50,714 nt of DNA from the NCBI GenBank assembly GCA_001938485.1, contig MQRK01233174.1, positions 1-50,714 on the forward strand, written 5' to 3'. Positions 27,521 to 39,988 of this stretch are shown one piece after another; position 1 is the stretch's first letter; the number at the start of each line of letters is the position of its first letter. The notes beneath the pieces were generated by a model that saw only the letters and a program-made list of their open reading frames with translations, was not told the DNA's origin and did not search any database. A program made the translations under genes and the position numbers. The DNA is from Girardia tigrina. Taxonomy: Eukaryota.

Positions 27521-28329
27521 ATCCAATTAAATTCATGGACGTCAATGCAAAAGTGCTAATCACCCTGATGACGCGCATAGTCGATGGTACATTCCTTGAT
27601 AAAACGAAGGAGTCCAGCATGGTGCTTTTACACATTCCACAGATAACCAATCATCATCCAAGTTCTTAGTGTTACAGTTGGAATGTTTTCCTCGGTGTCA
27701 TATGGGCACTTAAAATCTATAAGTGTTCTGTTCCGGAAGTATTATTTGCATATCTACATGGTCCTATGACGAAACATATGTACACACATTATATATAGGT
27801 ATCTCACAATCTAAATGCTACGTGATCTGCTCCACCAAGAAGTACAGGACCTCAATATTTTTGCATTTTTTGAACTTTTCGCTGTATGCACACTGTCAGT
27901 TTATGTGGTAATCCCCTTATTATGACAGCGCCAACAATAGTGCTCTCTATGTGGATAACATTGTAATGATTCGTTACCTCTACAAATTCTTTATTAATGG
28001 AGGCTGCATTCATTATCTTCAAATTAGTTAATTTAATAAAAAGTCAACGATATCTCCGTACTGTTTTATTTAAGTAATTTGATTTAAACAACCATTTAAT
28101 AAAATTTAACATCAACTGCATATTTACATAATTAAAATAATTACATTTTTTGGAATTCAAATTGTTTTTTTAATTTTGAGAAAACCTAGATATTTTAATT
28201 TCAAATATTTCCAATTCTGATTTGATTTTTTTATTTGATTTAGAGAATTTCTTGTTTCGAATATTTCCCATTTGGATTTCATTTAGAGAATTTCTTATTT
28301 CGAATATTTCCGATTTAGATTTTTGTCAA

Positions 28330-30202
28330 GTTGTTAGTTGTTTGAATACGAAATATTGATTGAGTATATAAAATACATATAACACAATGCAACACAGCCC
28401 CCCGATCTGGAGATTCAAACGTATATGAAAAAAATTATAAATAGATAAAAAAATAATTAAGATTTTGTTATTAAGTTTAATCTTATGAACTAATTAATCT
28501 GTTTTTACCTTTGCTGGTTTTTATGCTTTTCCATTTACGTGGATGTGAAGGTGCTTGTCTAAATTCTGTGAAATGTGTAGTTTTTTCATTATCTGATGAA
28601 AGTTTTTCAGAATTTTTAAATTAGTAATCCGAGTTGTGAATTGATTTATCATAATTATTTTTATTTGAAGGTATTTCCTCACTGATATTGTAGTTGTGTG
28701 GAGATAATAAATCTAATGTGATTGATTTTGGTATATTATTCTGTGTGTTGTCATCAGTAATGAAGAAAGCTGGTTTGACGTTATTCAAATGAACTATTTC
28801 TTTTAAATCGTTTTTTAGAATTTTTGCGTTGTGTATAGATCTCGATGATTTTAAATAGACCGATATATGTTGGTTGTACTCCATGTGCTGAATGATTTTT
28901 TAACCAAAGAAATTTGGCTTAAAAGAGTGTTTTGGGGATAAAATCTTTAAAATTGTTTAATATTCTGCAAAAATTATCTTTCTGTAATTTTTCAATTTTT
29001 TTTCGCGTGCTGTAAGTATTGTTTGATCAGATGGAGTTGAGTTGCAGTTTGTTAATTCGGCTATGAAACGTATTTGTGAACCGAAAAGAGCTTGACTTGG
29101 TATGGTTGATGCGGAGGTGTTAGGCGTATTGCGCCAACCTAAAAGTACGTATGGCATTGAATTTAGCCAACCTGAATTGCCGTCTGCCAAAATTTTTAAA
29201 GATGCTTTGAAAGTTCGGTGGAATCTTTCTAAAGCGCCGTTTGATTGAGGATGATATGCTGAAGTGTGTATATGTGTTGTTTCAAATCGCATGTTCAGTG
29301 ATTTGAAAATTTCCGCCTCGAATTGCCTTCCTCGATCTGATATTAGATATTTTGGAGCTCCGTATTTGCAAATCAAAGTTGAAAGGAATGTCTGTGATAT
29401 TTTTTCTGCGTCTATTTGTTTTAAAAGAGCTGCCTCTGGCCATCTGGTAGATCTATCGAGCATGGTTAGGATGTATTGATAACCTCTATCTGGTAGCAGT
29501 GGGCCGACTAAATCGATGTGTTAATGTTTCAAAGCGTGAACTAGTAGGAAAGTGATATAGTGGAGGGTTGATTTTCTTAAATGTTTTAAATTTCTGGCAC
29601 TGAATGCATTGTGCTATCCATAGTTTGACGACTTTTCTCATGTTTGGCCATATGACTCTTGTCTGGAGTAATTTGTATGTGTTGGAACTGCCAGGGTGAT
29701 GTAAACTATGAATGTGGTCGAAAGCTTCTTTGCGTAATTATTTTCCAAGGATTGGACGAAGTGTACCAGCTAAGTTAGTATCATAAGCAATTCCTTCAAT
29801 ATATGAGATATCGTTAAAGTGAGTAAGATCTTCAGCTGATGGCTTAAATTCTGACAATTTTTCGGTTGTGAATATAGGTCGAAACATAACTGTGGCTACT
29901 GAGCGAGATAAAAAAATCAGCGGTTTCTTTATTTTTACCTGGTAAATAGGATAAATCAAAAGAAAATTCTGAAAGATAAGAAATCTGTCGTTCTTGTCGT
30001 GGAGACGGATTTTTCATAATCATCATATTAACTAAAGGTTTATGGTCAGTTCTAATTTTGAATCTTATGGAGATTAAAAAATGTTTGAAATGTTTTACTG
30101 CTAAAAAAATTGCTAAAAGTTCTCTGTCTAAAGTTGAGTATCGTTGTTCTGTTGCTGAAAATTTTGTTGAAAAGAATTCTATAGGTTGGTGTTCGCCGTT
30201 AA
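28330..30202 (-). mobile_element. Ty3/Gypsy pol remnant (RNase H, integrase) with PPT and start of 3' LTR
   Basis: EQRYSTLDRELLAI..TDHKPL; SDRGRQF..SAYHPQSNGALERFHR; PPT GGGGGGC|TG at 28403-28395. Confidence 0.9.
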
Positions 30203-30429
30203 CTAGTTGATAGAGTACAGCGCTTGCGGCTGTAGTAGATGCGTCTGTCGTGAAATATAATGTATTATCTTTATTTGGAAAACTGAGTGTTTTAATGTTT
30301 TGTAAGATATTTTTGTAATATATTTTTTTGATATTTTTTTATATATTTTTGTAAGAATCGCAGTTGTAAGTGCAAAGTTAAAATTGTTGCACGTGATCTT
30401 GTAATTGTTGGAAATAAGATTCCTCAACA

Positions 30430-31274
30430 CTCAAACGAAGGAAACTTAAGCTACGCTCTGGCAAGACGAGCTGTTAGAGAAATGAAACGAAGGCTCGAGA
30501 ATACTCTTGCTACACCAGGTGTAGCACAAGCTTCAGTCACTTCAACTCTCGCTGATTATGTTTTGCACGCATTACCAAAGAAAACTACTTTATCAAGAGC
30601 ACTAAGGAAATACAGACAAAAATAGAACGCCCACGGAGACACAGCACTGCCTTCGATTCCAAACGATCGCAATTTTGAGATGCCAGAACGCTTTAGTCAC
30701 TTTGTGCAGTTTGATTCGGGTCCTGGTGTTGATCGTATTATTATACTTGAATGTCACGAGCTCATCGACGGCTTGGCGCGTGAGTCTGTGTGGTTATCAG
30801 ATGTTACATTCAAGACGGTGCCAGACTTATTTTTCCAGCTTTACACTATTCATTTTCAATTGTGAAAATTTTCAATTGTCAATCCAGCTGCGTTATACTG
30901 CCTTTTTCCAAATAAAACACGTGCCACGTACGACCGATTACTCCAGGAAGTAGTGCGTCTCATTCCGTGGGCAGCACCAAGAATTATTCTCAACGATTTT
31001 GAAATGGCAGTAATGGGTGAATTTCAAGAAAATTTTCCTGATGCTCGTACTTCAGGCTGCTATTTCCATCTTTCCCAAAGCGTAATACGAAAGGTATATG
31101 AGTTTGGACTGAAAGTGGAATATGAAACTAAAGAAGATATACGAATCGCTGTTCGTTGTCTTGCCGCCCTATCTCATGTACCAGTAAAGGACGTTAAAGA
31201 GGCCTTCGAACTATTATCAGACTCGTTGCCAGCAATTAATAACATTGATGAGGTGCTGACATACTTCGAGCATA
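30430..31274 (+). mobile_element. Mutator/MULE transposase remnant
   Basis: WLSDVTFKTVPDLFFQLYTIH, DFEMA, GCYFHLSQSVIRK; stops and frameshift. Confidence 0.88.
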
Positions 31275-31722
31275 ATGGGTGCGCAGGCAAAATCTGGACA
31301 AATTTTAAACCACCATTGTGAAAAGAGGAAATAAAATTTCCAGAAGCTGTTTATATTTTATTGAAGGACAAGATGTAAAGAACAAAAAATGTTTACAGAA
31401 TAATTGAAAGTGGTCCGTCTCTATACACAGCACGAAGGCGTTTCTTAATCCCTTTGGAGTCCTTCCGCAACGTGGACTGATCCATTGTTTTCAACATTTT
31501 CTTAATCCGTTGCTGTAGTTGAGGGATTGTTTGAGCCTCTCAGCCTCCCTCATATACTTTCGCCTTTAGAGCGTCCTAAAAGTTTTCGATGGGGTGGCAG
31601 TGTCGGACGATGGGACGATTACACTCCTTGTCAACTAAAGGGATGTTGAGATGATGGAGAAGTTTGAGAGTGCTGTTGGCATAATGTGCAGAAGCCAGGT
31701 CCGACCAGAAGAGAATTTCCGG
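31275..31722 (-). mobile_element. IS630-Tc1-mariner DD37E-type transposase 3' fragment
   Basis: FWSDLASAHYA...HPIENF*DALKAKVYEGG; 37 residues between D and E. Confidence 0.8.
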
Positions 31723-32625
31723 TGATTTAAAATTGAGTTTGTTGTTAAACAAAACCTAGGTAAATCAATTATTAATTATGAAATGAATACTTCAAACAAT
31801 CGCTAATGCCTGTGTTGAATCGAACATAAGGTTGTCCAAGCAGCAGTAGGAAACATTCGAGGACCTGCAGGAGATGAAACATCCACAACTATGATGATGC
31901 GATCTACGACTCAGAAGAAACCATGGAGACGCTACAAAAAGGGCCAATCTTTGATGATTATGATTCCGACTCGGTCTTTGGAGTTGATCATGGTTTGTGG
32001 TAGTGTCTTGAAAAAAGTATTGAGGATCCATGTTGGCAGAGAGATCACTTTTTATGTTGTACTTTTTTTGGATTACTGACTCCATATCAGTTGTTTCCTG
32101 ATGATGGTACTGTGTTATACGACAAAGGCACTTTACTGAGAATTACCAACCTCACTCTAGTGTGTTCACTGAGATGGTACCGGTATGTATTGCGGAAGTA
32201 GGGACCTTTTATGAATGTTGGATCTCTCGTGCCATTACATAATACTTCTCGGTTCAATATTTGATACTAATACCTGCTCAGTCCCGACTACTGAGTAGGA
32301 TAAACGATTGCAATCGTGGGCCTCCCTTTGTACTGGCGTAGATCTCAACGAACCAGTGAACCCTGCTTCATTTCCCAAACAGTCAGAAGTGCCGAAATGC
32401 AATTAAACTATTCCAAGAAGAACTTTCTTTTTGTAATAAAATTTAGTTTACATTTGACTTTTAAATTCCGAATTATTAAAGCATTTACTAATCGAATAAA
32501 AAGATATAAAATGCACATTTATTTCATAAAACATTAAAAACATTACAATAAATTTAAGTACGAATTCTTTATAAAAGTTAAAGTTAATAAAAACATTTAT
32601 ATATTCAGTGGAAATGAAATAATTT

Positions 32626-33057
32626 TTAAAAATTACGAAGCTGTTTCTTAACATCAGTTAAAGCACCATATCTAACGCCCATCATTGTTTTTTGAACTAA
32701 CTTCCCATCTAATTGTCGGTCTACTTGAATTAAAGATTGGTTTGAACCACTTGGTCCAATTGGTCCGATAAATCGACCACCCGGTTTTAATTGTTTAAGA
32801 ATCTGTTTATTCAATGTTAATCTATTTTATATACAATCACATACTTCTTCAGGAAGAACTGAAGCTGCAGCTCCAACATGAATAGCGTCGTAAGGAGCAC
32901 AAGGAGAATAACCTAAACGACCATTGGCTTTATAGAACTGTAAAACTTTAGAATCCATAAGTGCGGCTATTGACTTATCTTTTTTACAATTTTCAATAGA
33001 CATATTAACCAATTCGTCGATATGATCAATGCCAATTGCTTTCCCTTTCGGTGCAAC
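32626..33057 (-). CDS. PCMT1: Protein-L-isoaspartate O-methyltransferase, last two exons only: complement(join(32626..32802,32845..33057))
   Basis: VAPKGKAIGIDHIDELV...APYDAIHVGAAA...QLKPGGRFIGPIGP..GVRYGALTD; 42-nt GT-AG intron; AATAAA on minus strand at about 32518-32523; 5' exons not found in the window. Confidence 0.88.
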
Positions 33058-33769
33058 CTGATCAAAAAAGTTTAAAGGATAAACATTTTAGATGAATAAA
33101 ATGAATTTCTATGTAAATACTTTTGCATGAATTTCTTTAGGAAAGGAATGAAGACCTTAACAGAAATACATTTTGACTATTACTGATCAATAATTTCTTA
33201 GAAATACCAAAATTCTTCCGAATAATACAACGTATAAATAACTATGGAAGATTCCAAAATATTTTGTAAATCTTCTTCTATTAATAATTTTACTCTTTAA
33301 AATATGATCTTTTTATTATTAAATTTTTCGTTTTTATTACGTTTCCTATTTCTGTGTTCCTTATTCTTTAAGTTTTGGGGTATTTATACCCGTTTTGATT
33401 ATATAAAAAAATAGTTAAATAAAAATTAAAATTAGTTTAATGTAAAAAAAAATTTAACTTAAATAAAACTTAATTTAAATTTAGTAATTTTAAAATTTTT
33501 AATGATTATGCAAATTTGTTTTTCTGGGTTCAATTGCCCATTTATTTAAATTGACAAATTTTCTAAATTAATCCCAGCATAATTGCTAATGGATTAAGAC
33601 ATAATTGCCCGTTTTTATTTTATAAAATATCTGAGCATAATTGCCCAATTCATTTTTTATCCTGTCTCATAAAAAATCACGTAAGATTTTTTTTATTTTT
33701 TATATTATATTTATTTTTTTATATTGTTATATTTTATATATATATTTTTTTAAATTTTTTAACATAAAA

Positions 33770-34400
33770 TAATAATATTAATAATAATGATTGTAATAAA
33801 AATAACGTTAATAATAATAGTAATTTTAATAATAACATTATAATGGTAATAAAAATATAATAAGAATAACAATAATTATAATAACACAATAATAATATTT
33901 ACATTAATAAAATAATAATAATATAATTATAATAATTATTGTACCGAATTTAGTAAAATAATAATAAAATAATAATAATAATAAAAGTAATAAATAATAA
34001 TGATTAGTAAAAAAATAATAAATTAATTATTTTCGGAGCCTTTAACGGCTTTTTCTAACCGACACAGGCGTGCCCCCTTAATAAACGGGCCCCTACGAGG
34101 GAGGAAAAACTCGTTGAAAAGGAGCTAAATAAAATAATAATAATTGTTTCATATTAATTTTAATAAAATATAATAGTAATAAAAATATAATAATAATGAG
34201 TAAATAAAAATAATAGTATTAATAAATTGATAATATTAATGGTAATAGTAATTTAAAAAAATAAAAATGAATAAATAATCAAAATAATAACAGTAAATCT
34301 AATTATAATAAAAAAAAATATAATAATGATAGTAATAATTATAAAATAAATAATAATAATAATACTAAAATAATATTACAAATTATTCAATAATAATATT
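33770..34400. repeat. Degenerate (AAT)n low-complexity tract
   Basis: Directly visible. Confidence 0.8.
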
Positions 34401-34418
34401 TATATATTTTACATAAAA

Positions 34419-34968
34419 GGGAGCATCGATTAAGGACGTCCTATAAAAAATAAGCATATTTTGACCCCTCCCCCCTCTTGTCCCTTTATGTCCCCTTTTG
34501 AAACACCCCCCCCCGGGGGACATCCCCGCGAAAACATATTTCCCTTATATTCAGAAGAATGTATAGAACATTGAATTTCTAGCTTTAAAGATTAGCTTGT
34601 ATATAATTTTATTTTGGCTTTAATTTAAGTCACATATTAAAAAATCGAATAAAAAAATCAAATACTGTTAAAATAACGAAAATGTATATAATTCCTATAG
34701 AAAAAATAAATGACTTAATTATTATAAAAGAATTGGGAAAATAGAATTCAGATAACAGGGGTTTTCAGTATTACATCAATCTCTAACAGAAAATCTTACA
34801 AAAATGAAAAGATAAACGATAACTGAAATTTAACTTTAGATTTTAATGAAAGGCGCTGCTGGGGGATGTCCCCTTAACAATTGGACCCCCTCCCTATTGT
34901 CCCCAAATGTCCCCCTTGTGGTGACCCCCTCCCCCCCTTAGAAGGGGATGTCTTTAATGGATGCTCCC
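34419..34968. mobile_element. MITE with ~24-bp TIRs and C-run-rich subterminal blocks
   Basis: GGGAGCATCGATTAAGGACGTCCC ... GGGATGTCTTTAATGGATGCTCCC. Confidence 0.75.
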
Positions 34969-36024
34969 ATATCTCTAATAACCACCCTGCGTCCCTGAGC
35001 ACTGATCTCAAACAAAAGGGTAGTTACAAAGAGATTGAGCACCACATTTTATTTTTAAATGTTTATTATTTTATATTTTTTTATCTATTTTATTTTTTAG
35101 GAGGGTAATGAATTTATTTATTTTTAAAATTTTTTTAAATATATTTGGTATCAGGACCTTAAAAAATTTGAGTGAACGCTTTTATAATAACAATCATGTT
35201 TAACCAGAGCCTCATTCATGCAAAATATTAAAGCGGGACAACAGTCAGTAGTAAAAGTAAACTATCGAATTGCTAAAAAAATCTCAATGCAGAAAACCTT
35301 AATTAGGCAGCAAAATTATGAAAGTCTTGAAAAAGCTCTAGATGAATGTGTTAGAAAGAAAGTTTTTTAATCCATTTAACCTTAGTAACTAATTATTATA
35401 TCTAGATTTGAAAATTTATCGTGAGAAATTCAAGAAGTAATCAAGTCAAGGGTATCTACGTCTCAATCAGTTAAACCACTATATCTATAGCCTTCACATA
35501 ATCGATATGTAACAAGTATCAATTTTTGTAAGAGAAGTTGTAAACAATATTACTATTATAGAAGAACGTTCTGCATTATTTTAATAAAAAGACAAAAAAT
35601 AATTTGACATTTTAGAAACACTTCAATGTTTTTATTGAAGTATTACACACTTATCTGGAATCGCAATAGTCGGCGTACTATCAATGATAGCTCTTATTGG
35701 AGTTGCGCGGGATTTACAAAAATAAATGTTCCTTCACAAAAAAATAAAAAATTTATTTTTACAATTTTTATTAAAAATTATTATTAAATTATAATATATT
35801 TTTATATTTTTTTATAATATGTAAATTAAATCCTCTAATTGTACAAATTACCTAAAATTTAAAAGTGAATTAAAAGATTAAAGGATACATGTGTTCGTAG
35901 ATGGGTATAAAATATTAAAAAATCACATTATTAAATAATAATTTAATTAATTATTATTTCAATAACATTAAGATTCAATGGCAATTTATTTGTAAAAAAA
36001 TGAATAACAAACGCCATTTAAAAA

Positions 36025-36767
36025 GTTTTTTATTTGTCAAAACATGTTTCGCCATTACAGCATCATCAGTTGTGAAGTAAATTTCAAATTACAAGTCATT
36101 TATATGGCACATTGACTATTACACAATTAATCTTTTTTTTTAATTAATATTAAAAGATTTTAATATGATTGGATAATTCACTTTGAACATTTAAGCATGG
36201 TTTTAAATGCTTTATTAGTAATGCCTCAGTGACTATCCTCTCATGATGTGTCAAAATTTTTTTTCAAAACTGTAAATTCAGTTTCATAGTTAACTTTATC
36301 TCTATTTCTGTGATCTAGAATCGAGATATTCCTACTCAATTGGGTGTGTTCAGCTATTCTAGTGCGGAGATGACGATTTTTTCTCCAATGTACAAGGATT
36401 CACACTTGTGACATTTAAATTGATATACTAGATTAGCTTGGACACCCGATGGAGTTTTTGATTTATTTGAGAAATATCTCGATAGTTTATTAGTTATAAA
36501 GATCACCCGCAAATTAAAACCCCAAGGAACCTTTTTCATTAGGCCTTTCCTCAAATCAGACGCACCTTCAGAAAATGGTAATTTTAAATTTATTGTTTTT
36601 ATTACATTACTACTACTATCATTATTTATAATTTTTTCATTTTTATTATTAGATTTTTCGCGAATTGAGTCAATTGTATTTTTTATCAAATTATTTAAAT
36701 AATTTTTATTGTACCCATTATTTTCTAACCTAATTTTAAGATCAACAATACCCTTATCTACACCACG
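36025..36767 (-). mobile_element. 5'-truncated Penelope-like retroelement (RT tail, GIY-YIG endonuclease, 3' UTR)
   Basis: LENNGYNKNYL...NLVYQFKCHKCESLYIGE; frameshifts; hammerhead motif and AATAAA downstream. Confidence 0.85.
36037..36073 (-). ncRNA. Minimal type I hammerhead ribozyme
   Basis: Minus strand reads CAA-CTGATGA-T-GCT-GTAAT-GGC-GAAA-CATGT-T-TTG: intact core, short stem II, palindromic ACATGT helix III, CAA/TTG stem I. Confidence 0.75.
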
Positions 36768-37199
36768 ATTAAATAATTTGATGTCGTTTACATTTCAAAC
36801 CTTTCAATTCATTTTTATTGGGTTCCTATGTTTATTCACCATTCAACTGTATTATGATATTGCTAAAATGTATTGATATAAATAATCGATTTTAAGGACG
36901 TAACGGGAACACATAATATATTCTTTGATCGTGCATTAAACACGAAACAAGGTTTTCCAGTGTTTTCGACTCACATCCTCGTCAACAGTGTCGTGAAAAA
37001 AGACGAGCAAATGATCATGAGCGGCTTGAATGATGAAGATACCAAGAATAACCAGAATCTGGCCAAAGATGAGAGATTATTCGATAGGATCGTCCGAAGT
37101 ATTGCACCGAGTATTTACGGTCACGAGAATATAAAACGGGCAATCGCTCTTGATCTTTTCGGTGGAGTGTCAAAGAGTGAGTGGAATTTAGTTCAGTAA

Positions 37200-37319
<120 letters not shown>

Positions 37320-37961
37320 TAACTTACACCGCGTTGCGTCTTTTGTACCGGTAAAGGGGCTAGTGTAGTCGGTCTCACGGCTTACGTTACCAGAAATACC
37401 ACCACAAAAGAATGGACTTTGGAAGCCGGGGCTATCGTGCTTGCCGATAGAGGTGTTTGTATGACGTTTGTTTGTTTGACGGTATCGATGTGACTGTTCG
37501 GTATTTGGAGTTAATGATTCGATTGTCTGAAGCTCATGCTAAATTTCATTTACGGGAACATGTAAATAATGACGATATCAATATGGCCATTCGGATTTCT
37601 CTGGAATCTTTCATTTCCACAGAGAAATACAGTGTTATGAAGCAGCTAGAAAATGTAATAGTTATTCAATTCTTCTGAATCGCTTTTTGGGAAATAATTC
37701 AAGTTATGATCTTCTTGTATTCAAATAATCATTTACAAATAATCGCGAATTGATGGAATAAGAATATTTAATGTTGCTTGAATCTAAAATTTGCCAAATT
37801 TTAATAATATTTAATTCTCATGAATTTTAAATATTTCATTTTGTACCTCGATTTGATACTTGTAAATCGAATTTTAAATTTAGCATTATGTAAATATCGA
37901 TCAATGCAATGACAATTGACTAATTCCATATATGTAGTGAAAACAATATCGATTCTAATAA

Positions 37962-38173
37962 CCCTCCAGTGCTAACATTCCGTCTCTCAGACCGGACCCC
38001 ACTTTTCTCATCAAATCATCACAACACCTAAATAGTTTAAGTACTGCTATGTTCTTTTTTACCAAAAAAGTACTACATGAATACAAAGTCTGAATAAAAT
38101 AGCATTCTCTGAATTCGGTATTACTGACGGATGTTTGTACTAATGTTACGAAAATCGTGTTAGTACTGAAGGG
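37962..38173. mobile_element. piggyBac-type MITE in the last MCM2 intron
   Basis: ATAA|CCCTCCAGTGCTAACA ... TGTTAGTACTGAAGGG|TTAA. Confidence 0.7.
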
Positions 38174-38342
38174 TTAATGATGCAATCATGATGCTGTCTA
38201 GTAGATCAGTAATGCGCAAACTATGTTGCTGTACGACCCTATATTCTGTATAAAATTTTGTCGCGACCCCTTGGTAAAAAATTGACCTTTTCCAATCAAC
38301 GGTGTAGTAACAGGGAAATAAAACACAAACTTTTTAAGAAAG

Positions 38343-38602
38343 GTTTTATTTATGCATATAGTGATATGTTTACAGTGTTGGATATACATCATCGCGTAAA
38401 AGTTTGGAATACTGTATCATCAGTAGCTTTGTAATGTAACTGTATTGATATAAAAAACAAAAACTAACAAAAATCATGTGAATTAAACAAAATAATGTAA
38501 ATGCCAATGTTAACTATGCATATATATGATACAGTATTCGAAATTTTTACGCGATGCTGTATATCCAGCATTGTAAACATATCACTATATGCATAAATAA
38601 AA
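38343..38602. repeat. ~78-bp inverted repeat with ~105-bp spacer
   Basis: gttttatttatgcatatagtgatatgtttaca...actgtatcat is the near reverse complement of atgatacagt...tgtaaacatatcactatatgcataaataaaac. Confidence 0.9.
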
Positions 38603-38682
38603 CTGTTCTTATATCAGTTACAATATCAGTTAGTCAAAAATCTCAGTATTTTTAAGGGTGGCTGGTGAATTATGATCACGGT

Positions 38683-38753
38683 TATATATATATATATATA
38701 TATNNNNNNNNNNNNNNNNNNNNNNNNNNNNNNNNNNNNNNNNNNNNNNNNNN

Positions 38754-38800
<47 letters not shown>
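38683..38800. repeat. (TA)n microsatellite spanning a gap
   Basis: Directly visible. Confidence 0.95.
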
Positions 38801-38803
<3 letters not shown>

Positions 38804-39167
38804 GTTCTATTGTGTAATTGAAATTAATTGTAATTAGTGAAGTAAATGTAATTAGAAGTAATTGAAAAATAATATTTTACTTAATAATCCATTTTAGAAA
38901 TTCCATAATTATTTGAATTACAAAAAGAATGGTCAGGAATTATTGATGTTTGTGTTAAATCAATTGCTCCATGACAAGTTGGCTGTTTAAAGAGCGCGTT
39001 CTGGAACAACAACTGTTCAAATTCCTGAAAAAACGCTATTGGAAAAGGCTATACGAATGAAAATCAAATCGATCAAGAGCTTTCTGGACAGTGATTTTTT
39101 GAGACAACTTGGTTTTTATTATGATGCTGGAAAGAACATCATAGGTTACAACTTTATAACCGGATCG

Positions 39168-39768
39168 TAGATTTAGATGTTTATAGATTTAGATGCTTAT
39201 AGATTTAGATGATTATAGATTTAGATGCTTATAGATTTAGATGCTTATAGATTTAGATTTGTGTAATAAATGTTCAATTTTTAACTTTTCTTAATGTTTT
39301 GAGAAAATCACGAGTCAGAAGACGGTCAATATGATTAATCGTGAGTTAGAAACTTTAGGCTTATATTATAGATTTAGATGCTTATAGATTTAGATGCTTA
39401 TAGATTTAGATGTTTATAGATTTAGATGCTTATAGATTTAGATGCTTATAGATTTAGATGTTTATAGATTTAGATGCTTATAGATTTAGATGCTTATAGA
39501 TTTAGATGCTTATAGATTTAGATGCTTATAAATTTAGATGCTTATAGATTTAAATACTTGTGTTTAAATGTGTTCTTCCAAACAAATAGTTTTTATTTCA
39601 GGTATAAGGTCAAGAAATACTTAATTCCTAAATTTAATGAATGTGTCACATTTTAAATGGGGACGTATAAGGATCTTTTGAAGTCACCAAGTATAAATTT
39701 AAACAAATATTATATATATGCTTATAGATTAAGATGCTTATAGATTTAGATTTGTGCAATAAATGTTT
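39168..39768 (+). repeat. 16-bp minisatellite (TAGATTTAGATGCTTA)n with one ~121-bp unit
   Basis: Arrays at about 39168-39258, 39369-39552 and 39718-39750. Confidence 0.93.
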
Positions 39769-39988
39769 AATTATAAAAATATTTTAAATTTTATTTAAAA
39801 TTTTCTAAATTTAATTAAAAAATTCTTATTTTAATTTGAAGCAATTCGCTATTCTTCCGTGCTATATGTGACAGATAAATGAAGCTCGATGTCACAACCC
39901 GCCAGAAAGACACCTTATTCGAACAACTAATACTATTATCGCCCAGACCACAGAATCGGCCGATATCGGCACACTCAAGCATCAGTAC

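Noticed and set aside
32098-32130. Further hammerhead candidates (CTGATGA at 32098 and 12797)
   Set aside because: No correctly placed GAAA or helix III.
37320-38990. TAA/TAG-to-Gln genetic code reassignment suggested by in-frame stops in MCM2 and the ATMIN-like relic
   Set aside because: The 1785-nt AT-rich RSF1 exon has no in-frame TAA/TAG, RSF1 and PCMT1 end in TAG and TAA, and the affected genes also carry frameshifts. Simple pseudogene decay explains it.
39815-39930. Third NDUFA8 exon right after exon 2
   Set aside because: The translation (CSNKVSFWRVV) does not resemble the expected CRK.Q..FD.C motif.
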